64,000 bases of DNA from Myxococcota bacterium (GCA_965223415.1 OZ245002.1:3616001-3680000), one strand, 5' to 3'; shown: positions 8,212 to 18,319, numbered from the stretch's first letter. Numbers and translations: made by a program. Notes: generated by a model from the letters alone, not told the origin.

Positions 8212-11028
8212 GTGGCGAAGGCGCTGATCATCACCGAGAAGCCGAGCGTGGCCCGCGACATCGCCGAGGCCCTCGGCGGCTTCAGCGAGGAAGACGGCTA
8301 CTGGGAGAGCGACGACAAGGTGGTCACCTTCGCGGTGGGCCACCTGTTCGAGCTGCCGCCGCCCGAAGAGGTAGACGAGAAGTACAAGCGCTGGACCCTC
8401 GACGTCCTCCCGATCATCCCCGAGTCGTTCTCCCTCAAGAAGAAGAAGGGGCAGAGCGACCGCATCCGCACCATCCAGAAGCTGGTGCAGCGCGACGACG
8501 TCGACCGGGTCGTGAACGCCTGCGACGCCGGCCGCGAGGGCGAGCTGATCTTCCGCGAGGTGGTGAAGTTCCTGGGCGTCGAGAAGCCGATCGATCGGCT
8601 CTGGCTCCAGTCGATGACGGCGAACGCCATCCGCCAGGGCTTCGAGCAGCTGATCCCGGGAAGCGAGATGGAGGGCCTCGCCCAGGCCGCCGAGTGCCGG
8701 GCCTGGAGCGACTGGCTGATCGGGATGAACGCCACCCGCGCGCTCACCAAGCGCTTCGCCAGCCGCAAGGAGCGCACCGCCTGGTCCGCCGGCCGCGTGC
8801 AGACGCCGACCCTGGCGCTCCTCGTCGAGCGGGAGCTCGTCGTGCTGGCCCACGTGCCCGTCCCCTACTGGAAGGTGGAGGCGACGTTCCAACACGGCGC
8901 CGAGACCTATACGGCCACCTGGTACGACCCGGCCTTCGAGGCCGGCGACGACGACCAGAAGAAGGACGACCGGATCTTCGACGAGGCCCGGGCCCAGGCC
9001 GTCGTCGAGGCGGCGCGCGGCGGCGCCGGCACGGCCAGCGAGACGCGCAAGCCCTCGCGGGAGAGCGCGCCGCCGCTCTTCGACCTCACGAGCCTCCAGC
9101 GCGAAGGCAACCGCCGCTTCGGCTGGAGCGCGCGCCGAGCCCTCTCCGCGGCCCAGCGCTGCTACGAGGGACACAAGATCCTCACCTACCCGCGGACCGA
9201 CTCGCGCTGCCTGCCGAGCGACTACCGCGCCACCGTCGACGAGGTGCTACGGAGCTTCGCGGGCCAGAGCGAGGGCCCGGGCGCCGAGTTCTCCGAGGGG
9301 GCGGCCCGCCTCCTGCGCGACGGTCTCCAGAACGACAAGAAGATCTTCGACGACACCGGCGTGTCCGATCACTTCGCCATCATCCCCACCGGCAGCGCGC
9401 CCCGCGGCGAGCTCTCCGGCGACGACAAGCGGCTCTACGACCTGGTGGTGCGACGCTTCCTGGGCGCCTTCCACCCGCCCGCGCTGTGGGAGCGCGTCGA
9501 GCGCACCACCGTCGTGGAGGGCGAGTACTTCCGCACCCGGGCCCGCGCCCTGATGGAGCCAGGCTGGCGCGCCGTGCTGCCGCCGGCCCAGGAAGAGGGG
9601 GACAGTTCGCCGCTCTCGCCCCTGGCCCCGGGCGAGAACGATGCCAGCGGCGTGGCCGTGGCGACGAGCGAGGTGGAAGCCAGTGCCGAGGAGACCAAGC
9701 CGCCCGCCCGCATCAGCGAGGCGCGCCTCCTCTCGCTGATGGAGAACGCGGGCCGCCAGGTCGACGACGAGAACCTGGCCGCCGTGCTCCACGAGAAAGG
9801 CATCGGCACGCCTGCGACCCGCGCGGAGATCATCGAGAACCTGATCCGCAAGGGCTACGTGGTGCGCGTCGGCAAGGCGCTGCGTCCGAGCGTGAAGGGC
9901 ATCCGACTGATCGACAGCCTCAACCGGCTCTCGATCGATCGCCTGGCCTCGCCCGCCCTGACCGGCGAGCTCGAGCAGCACCTGCAGGAGGTCGAGCGCG
10001 GGGAGCGCACCGCCGCCCAGTTCATGGAAGAGATCGAGAGCTACGCGAAGGAGGTGGTCGAGCGGGCCAAGACCTTCGACTACGACGAGCTCTACGGAAA
10101 CGACGAGCCGATCGGAAGCTGCCCCTACAGCGGGCGGCCGGTGGTCGAGCAGGCCTGGTTCTACACCTGCGAGAAGGACCCGGACCTGCCCCGGGACGCC
10201 AAGGCCGACGAGAGCTGCCCCCACGAGAGCTGCCCCCTCCTGCTCTGGAAGGACACCTCCGGGCGCTACCTCGACAAGGCCGCCGCCCAGGCCATCCTGA
10301 AGGATGGGCAGACCGGCATCCTCGACGGCTTCACCGCCCGCAACGGCCGCACCTACAAGGGCCACCTGGAGCTGGACCGCGAGGAAGGCAAGGTCAAGGT
10401 CGTCAGCGAGGGCTGGAACGAGGAGAGCGCCAGCGACGTCCCTGAGTACGAGGTGAACACGGAGCCCCTCGGTCGCTGCCCCTTCAACGAAGACTGCGAG
10501 ATCATCGAGACGGCGACCCACTACACGTGTCCGAAGCGGCTCAAGGACGAGGAGCTGACCGCGGCCTTCAAGGCGGCGAAGAAGGCGGCCAAGGCCGCCG
10601 GTGAGCCGGCCCCCGAGAAGCCCGAGACGCCGGACCACTGCGGCTTCGTCTTTCCGCGCACCGTGTGCAAGCGGGAGATCACCCGGGACGAGGCCCAGTA
10701 CTACCTGGCCCACGGCAAGACCGAGCTGCTGACCGATTTCACCTCGCGCTTCGGCCGGCCCTTCTCCGCCACCCTGGTGCTGAAGGAGAACGGACGCCAC
10801 GGCTTCGAGTTCCCGCCGCGCGGCAAGAAGGCCGAGGGAGCGAGCGAAGGTGAGGCCAAGACCCCTCGCCGCAAGACCACGAAGAAGAAGACGACGCGGA
10901 AGAAGACCGGGGCGAAGACCACCCGGAAGAAGGTCGCCGCCAAGGCCACGCGCAAGAAGACGGCGCGCAAGGCCACCAAGAAGGCGACCCGCAAGAAGAC
11001 CGCGCGCAAGAAGCCCGAGCCGAGCTGA
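8212..11028 (+). CDS. topB: Type IA DNA topoisomerase III with C-terminal repeats and Lys-rich tail
   Basis: ITEKPSVA, NACDAGREGELIF (TOPRIM), SAGRVQTPTL, catalytic TYPRTDS, DHFAIIPT, GIGTPATRA. Confidence 0.9.
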   Translation: MAKALIITEKPSVARDIAEALGGFSEEDGYWESDDKVVTFAVGHLFELPPPEEVDEKYKRWTLDVLPIIPESFSLKKKKGQSDRIRTIQKLVQRDDVDRVVNACDAGREGELIFREVVKFLGVEKPIDRLWLQSMTANAIRQGFEQLIPGSEMEGLAQAAECRAWSDWLIGMNATRALTKRFASRKERTAWSAGRVQTPTLALLVERELVVLAHVPVPYWKVEATFQHGAETYTATWYDPAFEAGDDDQKKDDRIFDEARAQAVVEAARGGAGTASETRKPSRESAPPLFDLTSLQREGNRRFGWSARRALSAAQRCYEGHKILTYPRTDSRCLPSDYRATVDEVLRSFAGQSEGPGAEFSEGAARLLRDGLQNDKKIFDDTGVSDHFAIIPTGSAPRGELSGDDKRLYDLVVRRFLGAFHPPALWERVERTTVVEGEYFRTRARALMEPGWRAVLPPAQEEGDSSPLSPLAPGENDASGVAVATSEVEASAEETKPPARISEARLLSLMENAGRQVDDENLAAVLHEKGIGTPATRAEIIENLIRKGYVVRVGKALRPSVKGIRLIDSLNRLSIDRLASPALTGELEQHLQEVERGERTAAQFMEEIESYAKEVVERAKTFDYDELYGNDEPIGSCPYSGRPVVEQAWFYTCEKDPDLPRDAKADESCPHESCPLLLWKDTSGRYLDKAAAQAILKDGQTGILDGFTARNGRTYKGHLELDREEGKVKVVSEGWNEESASDVPEYEVNTEPLGRCPFNEDCEIIETATHYTCPKRLKDEELTAAFKAAKKAAKAAGEPAPEKPETPDHCGFVFPRTVCKREITRDEAQYYLAHGKTELLTDFTSRFGRPFSATLVLKENGRHGFEFPPRGKKAEGASEGEAKTPRRKTTKKKTTRKKTGAKTTRKKVAAKATRKKTARKATKKATRKKTARKKPEPS

Positions 11029-11082
11029 CCGCCTCCGGCTCCCCCCGCCCCCACCCCGCGGGGTAACCCCGGGGAATTTCTC

Positions 11083-11111
11083 TTGTCTTCGCAGGTGGTT
11101 CGGCGTATACA
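11083..11111 (+). promoter_or_regulatory. Putative sigma70 promoter for the DUF1302 gene
   Basis: TTGTCT (11083-88), 17-nt spacer, TATACA (11106-11). Confidence 0.35.
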
Positions 11112-11338
11112 TGCCACTTGCCGAGCCCGGGGTGAGAGTGGCAGGGATGCCACGCTGCCACACCGAGCTGGGGCGGACCGACCCGAATGGGTCGACCGCA
11201 GCGGTGTTAGGGGGAAAGCGCACCGGACGTTCGGTTCGAGTTGTTCGACGCAAGTCGACGTTGCAGAAGGTCGGTAGACGCGATGTCTCCGGCGGTGGCG
11301 TAAGCGCAGCACGGACGGTCCGGGCATCAGGAGGGGTC

Positions 11339-14300
11339 ATGCAGGGAGCTTTTGCGGCTCGCCGGACGCGCGGTGTCGTCGCCGCGATTCTGCTCGTCAT
11401 GGTGTCGATGCCGTCGGCGGCGATCGATCTCTGGGACGGCAAGATCGAAATCCACGGCTTCTACGAGCAGCAGATCCGCTCGATCTGGGACGACTTCAGC
11501 GGCGCGGACGACTGGGACCTGACCCAGTGGTACCACGTGCTGAACCTCGAGATCGAAGCCGACATCGCACCCGACGGTTTCGGTCCCTTCGACCTGGTGG
11601 GCGCCTTCGCCCGCGTCGAGGCCCGCTTCGACTGCGTGTGGCGGCGGGGCTGCTGGATGTTCCCCAACGTCGACGTCTACGGCGATCGCCCCGGGCGGCT
11701 CCCCCGACGCATCCAGAGCGGTCGCGAGAGCGGCTATAGCGGCACCCAGTTCACCGGCGACGTGCGGCGGCCGGTGCCGGACAATATCCCCGGTGCGGCC
11801 TTCCGTTACCGGAACACCGTGGTCCCCGGCTCCCGGATCGCCACCAACGCGGCCGAGAACAACTACCTGAACGCGTTCTTCGGGGCGAGCGCCGGCTTCG
11901 ACGGCGTGATCGACCCCACTTTCCCCGACGCCGACAGCGACGACCCGGCACAGCTCGTCTTCGCGAACCTCGGTGAGTGCCTGTTCGCGAGCAACCGCAC
12001 CCGCGGCCCCGTCGACGGCTTCGGCAACCGTACCCTCATCCACAACATCAAGTGCGAGATCGAGCCGATCAACGACGTGCGGGGCGTGCCGAACCCTTTC
12101 CGCTCCCGCGACTTCAACGAGCGCGTGCTCGGCGGCGCCGGCGGCGGCTCGGCGCTGCCGTTCCGGCCCGCACCCGAGGCCCGCTTCGACGCGGGCGCGC
12201 CGGACCACGTGCCCCACGGCCTCTGGTATCCGAACGAGCGGCTCCAGCAGGCTCTGAAGGACGGCGACTTCGACGCCTTCGACCAGAACTTCACCGTGAA
12301 CGAGCTGCAGTGGAACCGCGGTGCCTCCCAGCAGGACGAGAAGGAGCTGAAGGAGGCCTACCTCGAGCTCGAGATGTTCGACAGCCGGCTGTGGATGAGG
12401 ATCGGCAAGCAGAACATCATCTGGGGCAAGACCGAGCTCTTCAGCACCACCGACCAGCTGAATCCGCGGGACCTGGCCCTCGCCTCCCTGCCCACCCTCG
12501 AGGAGAGCCGCATCGCCCAGTGGGCGTTCCGCGCGGTCTACTCCTTCTACGAAGTGGGCCCCTTCGAGGACGTGCGCGCCGAGGTGGCGCTGATCTTCGA
12601 CCAGTTCGAGCCCAATGACATCGGGCGCTGCGGCGAGCCCTACTCGCCTCTCGTCGCCTGCGGAAAAACCTTCGGCCTGCTGAACCACGGCCAGAACGCC
12701 ATTGGCCTGGCCGGCGAGATCCGCCCGCCGAACCCGTGGAACAGCTGGAAGGGCATCGACATCGGCGGACGCATCGAGTGGCGCTACGACCGCTTCTCCT
12801 TCGCGCTGACCGACTTCTACGGCTACAGCGACCTGGCCTACGCCGATTTGCTGTTCACCTACAGCCGGAACGTCGATCCGAAGAGCGGTCGTCCGCGCCA
12901 CACGAACACCACCGGCAGCTGCCGGACAGGCAGCGAGGACGCGTGTCTCACCACTGACAACGTGCTGCTTCGCCACAGCGCCAACCAGACGGCCTTTGCC
13001 TGGGTCTGTGCCGGCACGGTTGCCGTCTCCGCCCTCGACCCGGCGTCCTGTGCTCAGACGATTTTCAACAGCCAGGTCGTTCCCCCGCCGCCCGCATTCC
13101 TTCCGATCTCGTCGACCTTCTCTGTCATCGGCGCCGGCGACAATGCGAACCCCTTCGGCCTGGGCAGCAGTGTGTTCTGGTATGGCCTTGGCGGTCTGAC
13201 GGGCGTCAACGGCCCCGCCGCCCCCTTCACCGGGACTGCGGCCGCGATCGCGGCCAACGCACCGTTCGCCGTCACCTTCTTCGACGCGGCCACCTTCACC
13301 AACTTCGTGCCGACGATGCTGGTACCGCTGAACGCGGGCCCCAACGACGGGCCTGCCGCGACGACGGCCCTGTTCCCCGCTTCGACCCTGGCGAACATCC
13401 CGAACGTGGGATTCGCCAACGCGGCTCTCGCGTCGGGCCTCTCGTCCTTCCTGACCAACGAGCAGGAGGCACTGCTCGGGTGTGGTCCGTTCTACGGGAC
13501 GAACTGCGACATCCACGGGATCGACTTCCTCAACATGGACGCCAGTGTGTTCTTCGAGTCGTGGCCCGGCGTCCAGGGCACCTTCCTGCCCGGAGGTGCC
13601 ATCTGGGACGCCGCCGACGCCAGCCGCCCGCAGCCCGGTACCCGGGGCTTCATCGGCGAGGTCGTCGGCTACGCCGGCGGCGGATGCACCCTGCCCGGCA
13701 GCCGGGGGCCCGGTGAGCCCTGCTACGACCCGCGGGTCGACGGCTCGCCCGGCGGCGCCGTGCACCCGATCACGGGTCAGCCCTGGCGCAGCGAGATGTC
13801 GATCGTGTCCTGGAACTTCCTGATGGCGCTGGTGGCCCTGAGCCAGGGCGAGCAGGGCACCACCTTCACGCGGGACGACTCGACACGGGCCGACGTGTTC
13901 AACCCGAACCAGCCGTTCCGGACCAATGGCTGCTCCTTCCGCCAGCCGATCTGGTGCTCGAGCGTGAAGGGCCTGCTCGGTCTCTCCGGCGTGACGCGCA
14001 AGAGCATCAAGGCGGGGGGAAACGGGCGCTTCGGTCGCCGCCAGTTCCTCTGGCACGGCGGCAGTGATCTCGTGCTCCGCTACGAGAAGCGCAACGTGCT
14101 CGGCTTCTCGATGGACTTCGCCGAGGACACGACCAAGTCGAACTGGAGCTTCGAGTTCACCTGGCAGGAGGGTGTGCCGAGCGCCGACGCCGACGAGTTC
14201 GACGGCAACTCCGAGATCGACACCTTCAACCTGACCATCTCGGCGGACCGGCCGACGTTCATCAACTTCCTGAACGCCAACCGGACCTTCTTCTTCAACA

Positions 14301-14686
14301 CCCAGTGGTTCTTCCAGTACATCGAGGACTACAAGCAGAGCCACACCCGGACCGGCCCGTGGAACGCGTTCTTCACATTCACCGTCTCGACGGGCTACTT
14401 CCAGGACCGGCTGCTGCCGTCCATGACCTTCGTGTACGACGTCCACTCGAACTCGGGGGCCTGGCTCCCCCAGGTGACCTACCGGTTCACCGAGAACTTC
14501 TCGGCGAGCTTCGGTCTGGGCGTCTTCGCGGGCCGTTGGAAGGAGTTCGACGCTCCGATCAACTCTCCGGGCGCGGGTGCTGACAACCGGGTGGGCAAGG
14601 ACGCCAACAGCCAGTTCGGCGAAGCGGGCCTCTCGGCGGTGCGCGAGCGGGACGAGATCTTCATGCGTCTCCGCTACACCTTCTAG
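11339..14686 (+). CDS. Large DUF1302-family outer-membrane protein with Cys-rich insertions
   Basis: AGGAGG SD, signal peptide, LKEAYLE...RIGKQNIIWGKTE...DQLNP segment typical of the family, amphipathic beta-strands, C-terminal RLRYTF (BAM-type terminal Phe). Confidence 0.8.
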   Translation: MQGAFAARRTRGVVAAILLVMVSMPSAAIDLWDGKIEIHGFYEQQIRSIWDDFSGADDWDLTQWYHVLNLEIEADIAPDGFGPFDLVGAFARVEARFDCVWRRGCWMFPNVDVYGDRPGRLPRRIQSGRESGYSGTQFTGDVRRPVPDNIPGAAFRYRNTVVPGSRIATNAAENNYLNAFFGASAGFDGVIDPTFPDADSDDPAQLVFANLGECLFASNRTRGPVDGFGNRTLIHNIKCEIEPINDVRGVPNPFRSRDFNERVLGGAGGGSALPFRPAPEARFDAGAPDHVPHGLWYPNERLQQALKDGDFDAFDQNFTVNELQWNRGASQQDEKELKEAYLELEMFDSRLWMRIGKQNIIWGKTELFSTTDQLNPRDLALASLPTLEESRIAQWAFRAVYSFYEVGPFEDVRAEVALIFDQFEPNDIGRCGEPYSPLVACGKTFGLLNHGQNAIGLAGEIRPPNPWNSWKGIDIGGRIEWRYDRFSFALTDFYGYSDLAYADLLFTYSRNVDPKSGRPRHTNTTGSCRTGSEDACLTTDNVLLRHSANQTAFAWVCAGTVAVSALDPASCAQTIFNSQVVPPPPAFLPISSTFSVIGAGDNANPFGLGSSVFWYGLGGLTGVNGPAAPFTGTAAAIAANAPFAVTFFDAATFTNFVPTMLVPLNAGPNDGPAATTALFPASTLANIPNVGFANAALASGLSSFLTNEQEALLGCGPFYGTNCDIHGIDFLNMDASVFFESWPGVQGTFLPGGAIWDAADASRPQPGTRGFIGEVVGYAGGGCTLPGSRGPGEPCYDPRVDGSPGGAVHPITGQPWRSEMSIVSWNFLMALVALSQGEQGTTFTRDDSTRADVFNPNQPFRTNGCSFRQPIWCSSVKGLLGLSGVTRKSIKAGGNGRFGRRQFLWHGGSDLVLRYEKRNVLGFSMDFAEDTTKSNWSFEFTWQEGVPSADADEFDGNSEIDTFNLTISADRPTFINFLNANRTFFFNTQWFFQYIEDYKQSHTRTGPWNAFFTFTVSTGYFQDRLLPSMTFVYDVHSNSGAWLPQVTYRFTENFSASFGLGVFAGRWKEFDAPINSPGAGADNRVGKDANSQFGEAGLSAVRERDEIFMRLRYTF

Positions 14687-14710
14687 CCGAAGGGCTCGAG
14701 GACCCTACGG

Positions 14711-14748
14711 GGGCCCGGCGGGAGGGATCCTGCCGGGCCCTTCTCTTT
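14711..14748 (+). terminator. Rho-independent terminator
   Basis: GGGCCCGGCGGGA-GGGA-TCCTGCCGGGCCC stem followed by TTCTCTTT. Confidence 0.75.
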
Positions 14749-14788
14749 GCGGGACGTTTCGCGATGAGGCGTCTCTTGCCAGGCACCA

Positions 14789-14978
14789 GGGCGGGGGACG
14801 GGTGTCGCTGCTTCCGCTCCTCGGGCTTGGTAGGGCGTGGCGGGGCCGCTCTTGCCGAACGCGTCGGCACCGGGGCTCGAACCGGGGCCGCGGCCTCATC
14901 GGCAGTGACGCAGCCGCACGTCACCTGGGGCTGCGAGGTCTCCTGACGTCGCTACGCAGCGACACCCGCCCCCCGTCC
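14789..14978. repeat. 190-bp segment bounded by 23-bp inverted repeats (MITE-like or RNA stem)
   Basis: GGGCGGGGGACGGGTGTCGCTGC (14789-14811) vs reverse complement of 14956-14978: 21/23 identical. Confidence 0.5.
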
Positions 14979-15107
14979 CCGGGGCCGCCTCGGCGATGCG
15001 GCTCGCGGTGGGGTAGGGGACGTCTCGGTGCGTCGCTGCGGACGCATGGAAGTGGGGGATGGGGTGGGGGGCGTTGCGCGGCTTCGGGGTGGATTCCGCC
15101 GATCGGG

Positions 15108-16595
15108 CTAACGGCCCTTCATGAGCTCGTCGGTGGAGGTGAGCTTGCGGAGCTTGCCGGGATCGACGGGGACCGACTGGACGTCGTAGGACTCGCGGCG
15201 CCAGCCGGCGCCGCCGCCGGGGACGTAGTAGAAGACGGCGGCGACCGGGTCGAAGACGCGAGCGCGCTCGCCGCCGGGCCAGGCCGGGTAGCCGGCACGG
15301 TCGCCGCTGAAGCGGTGGACGAGGATGCCGATGTCGAGCAGGAAGCCGTTCTTGCGCTGGGAGATGAAGTAGAGGGGCTGCTGGGTCTGGACGTCGATCC
15401 AGAGGGTCACGGCGGCCACCTGGTCGATCACCTTGCGGGCGCGGCCGCGGATGACGACGGCGTAGCGCACGTCCCAGCGATCGCTCGCTACCGAGAGACC
15501 GGTGGGCCCGTAGTTGCGGTCGCCCTCGTTCGGCCAGCCCTCTTCCTCGCCGTTCAGGGGCGCGAGCACCTCGCGCATGCCGAGCAGGGTCCAGTCGTAG
15601 GCGTTCGGCCGCACGGCGAGGCCCGTGAAGCCCTTGCGGATGTCCTCGGTGGCGGCGAGCAGCAGGCCGGCGGTGGGTGCGATGGCCTCGATGGCGCCCG
15701 GCGTGAACTGGGTGCCCGGCTCGGTCACGAAGGGAACCGAGCCGCCGGCTCCTTCCACGCCGGAGACCGAGTAGCGCGGGGTGTAGATGCCGTCGGTCCA
15801 GGTGCTGGCGGCCCGGCGGGGCTTCCGGAGGTCCGGGACGTAGACGAAGGTGTCGTCGGGCTCGGTGTAGTCCTGGGCCGCCTCCCGGGGGCGGGCCTGG
15901 CGCCAGGCCAGGTGGCGGGCGTTGGTGGGCTCGGTGAAGCGCCCGCCGGCGACCCACTCGGTCTTGGTGCTCTCGGCGACCCGGTAGTCGCTGGCTACCA
16001 GGTCCGAGCGGTGGCCCGTCCGCACGATGTGCCACTCGCCCTCGTAGGTCTGGGGCGTGCCGATGCGGGACGGCATGTCGGTGAGCTGGAAGGTGCCGAC
16101 CGGGCCCGAGCCCCGGTAGCGGTGCTCGAAGTTCCAGGCCCAGCGCATGGCCGCGTCCTGGCTCTCCGGGTCGATCGTCTCGGGCGGGAAGGGCAGGCCC
16201 GCCACGTAGCCGCTCAGGTTGCCCTCGTCGTCGAGCTCCGACCGGCCGCGGAAGGCCTCGGTGGCCTCGCGGTAGAAGTCCGGCACCGGATAGCGCCGGT
16301 GGCAGAAGCCGATGGTCATGCGCATGCCTTCGTAGAAGAAGGCCTCCCGGTAGCTCCAGACCTCCTCCGGCAGGAGCTGCCGGAGGGAGAGCAGGTCCTC
16401 CAGGTTCAGCACCGCCCCCTCCTTCACGAGGGGGGTGCCGGAATCGATCTCAGGCTCACCGGAGGGAGCACCGGTGAAGTCCGGGCAGCGCCCCTCCGGG
16501 GGCAGACCGCTGACGTCGCCGGGGGCGGCCGATCCGGTGAGCAGCAGGACGACGGTCGAGGTGGCGACCAGCCACGGGCGGGGAGCAATGTGCAT
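15108..16595 (-). CDS. DUF1329-family periplasmic protein (LolA-like fold)
   Basis: Signal peptide; YVAGLPFP, WAWNF, DDTFVYVPDLRKPRR motifs; GGAGG SD. Confidence 0.8.
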   Translation of the reverse strand: MHIAPRPWLVATSTVVLLLTGSAAPGDVSGLPPEGRCPDFTGAPSGEPEIDSGTPLVKEGAVLNLEDLLSLRQLLPEEVWSYREAFFYEGMRMTIGFCHRRYPVPDFYREATEAFRGRSELDDEGNLSGYVAGLPFPPETIDPESQDAAMRWAWNFEHRYRGSGPVGTFQLTDMPSRIGTPQTYEGEWHIVRTGHRSDLVASDYRVAESTKTEWVAGGRFTEPTNARHLAWRQARPREAAQDYTEPDDTFVYVPDLRKPRRAASTWTDGIYTPRYSVSGVEGAGGSVPFVTEPGTQFTPGAIEAIAPTAGLLLAATEDIRKGFTGLAVRPNAYDWTLLGMREVLAPLNGEEEGWPNEGDRNYGPTGLSVASDRWDVRYAVVIRGRARKVIDQVAAVTLWIDVQTQQPLYFISQRKNGFLLDIGILVHRFSGDRAGYPAWPGGERARVFDPVAAVFYYVPGGGAGWRRESYDVQSVPVDPGKLRKLTSTDELMKGR

Positions 16596-16660
16596 GAGGG
16601 GCCTCCGAGGGTCGGCAGAGTCTAACTCCGCTACACGTTCAGGGAGCCCATGGAGGCCCC

Positions 16661-17578
16661 GTGAACCGTCGCTCGATCGGCTTTCCCCTCGCGGTCGGCA
16701 TCACCCTGATGGTGCTGGCGCTGGTGCTCGCTGTCGGCTGGCAGGTGCTGGTGGTGGGAGACCTCGGGCCGGTGACGCGCGGGCTCACGGCCGTCCACTG
16801 GACCTTCCTGATCCTGGGATCGGCCTTCTTCGTGCTGATCATCGTGGGGCTCCTGCTGCTGATCGTGTGGCTGGTGCGCGAGATCCGCCTCAACCAGCGC
16901 CAGCAGGCCTTCCTCGACGCGGTGACCCACGAGATGAAGACACCGCTCGCCTCCCTGCGGCTCTACGTCGAGACCCTGGGACGCCACGATCCGGCGCCGG
17001 ACCGGCGCCGGGAGTTCCTGGGCCGCATGGGGGAGGACGTGGAGCGCCTGGAGCGCACGGTCAACCAGGTGCTGATCGCCGCCCGGGCGGACGCGCGGGC
17101 CAAGGCGCCCGACGAAGTGACGGACCTGACCCAGCTCGTGGCCGAGGTGGCCGAGGAGATCCGCGGCCACTACGGGCTCGCGCCCGGGGCCATCGTGCTT
17201 CCCCGGCGGGCGCCGCTCCCGGCCCTGGGCGATCCGGGCGAGCTGGCGGTGGTGGTGCGGAACCTGCTCGAGAACGCCGTGAAGTACTCGGCGCCGGAGG
17301 TCTCCATCCGCGTCGACCTGGAGCGCGTCGGGGATCGCGTCGAGCTGGTGATCGCCGACCGGGGCATCGGCATCGCCGCTGCCGATCTCGGGCGGATCTT
17401 CGACCGCTTCAGCCGGGTCGGCCGGGACGTGCAGCGCCAGGCGGGCCTCGGGCTCGGGCTCTTCATCGTCTGGAACCTCGTCCGCCGCAACGGCGGCCGG
17501 GTGGTGGCGCGCAGCGAGGGCCTCGGGCGGGGCAGCGAGTTCCGCGTGAGCCTTCGCGCTGCGGAAGCCGGGGCCTAG
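16661..17578 (+). CDS. Sensor histidine kinase (2 TM, HisKA + HATPase)
   Basis: VTHEMKTPL H-box, NLLENAVKYS N-box, DRGIGI, GLGLGL; GGAGG SD. Confidence 0.93.
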   Translation: MNRRSIGFPLAVGITLMVLALVLAVGWQVLVVGDLGPVTRGLTAVHWTFLILGSAFFVLIIVGLLLLIVWLVREIRLNQRQQAFLDAVTHEMKTPLASLRLYVETLGRHDPAPDRRREFLGRMGEDVERLERTVNQVLIAARADARAKAPDEVTDLTQLVAEVAEEIRGHYGLAPGAIVLPRRAPLPALGDPGELAVVVRNLLENAVKYSAPEVSIRVDLERVGDRVELVIADRGIGIAAADLGRIFDRFSRVGRDVQRQAGLGLGLFIVWNLVRRNGGRVVARSEGLGRGSEFRVSLRAAEAGA

Positions 17579-17614
17579 CGCCGTGCTCGATGCCGTCGAG
17601 GCCAGCGCCTAGCC

Positions 17615-18319
17615 GTGTCGCGGATCGTCGTCGTGGAGGACGAGGCCCACATCGCCGACGGGCTGGCCTTCAACCTGGAGGCGGAAGGCCATGAGGTGGT
17701 GGTGATCTCCGACGGGGCGGAGGCGGCGGAGCGGCTCGGAGGGCCCGACCGCGAGGCGTGCGACCTGGTGATCCTCGACCTGATGCTGCCGGGCCTCTCC
17801 GGCCACGAAGTCGCCCGGCGCGCCCGCGCCGCGGGCAACTACGTCCCCATCTTGATCCTCACTGCCAAGGACGCCCCGGCCGACGTGGTCCGCGGCATCG
17901 AGGAGGGCGCCGACGACTACCTGACGAAGCCCTTCAAGCTCGACGAGCTGCTGGCGCGGACCCGCTCGCTGCTGCGCCGCCGGCGCTGGGACGGGGCCCG
18001 GAGCGAGGACGACGGCGAGAGCGAGCTGCGGCTCGGGCCCGTCTGCGTGCGCTTCGATCGCTTCGAGGTGGTGGGACCGGACGGCGTCCAGCCGCTCACC
18101 CCCCGCGAGGTGGGTCTCCTGCGCGCGCTCCTCGACCGGGAGGGCGAGGCCGTGAGCCGCGGGGAGCTGCTCGAGAGCGTCTGGGGCCTGCACCCGGAGA
18201 CGCGCACGCGGGTCGTCGACAGCTTCGTCGTGCGCCTGCGCCGCTACCTGGAGCCGGATCCGGCCCGGCCCCGCCACATCGTCTCGGTCCGCGGCCACGG
18301 CTACAAGTTCGTGCGCTGA
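17615..18319 (+). CDS. OmpR/PhoB-family response regulator
   Basis: VVEDE, LDLMLPG, LTAK, DDYLTKPF, winged-helix SVRGHGYKF. Confidence 0.93.
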   Translation: MSRIVVVEDEAHIADGLAFNLEAEGHEVVVISDGAEAAERLGGPDREACDLVILDLMLPGLSGHEVARRARAAGNYVPILILTAKDAPADVVRGIEEGADDYLTKPFKLDELLARTRSLLRRRRWDGARSEDDGESELRLGPVCVRFDRFEVVGPDGVQPLTPREVGLLRALLDREGEAVSRGELLESVWGLHPETRTRVVDSFVVRLRRYLEPDPARPRHIVSVRGHGYKFVR

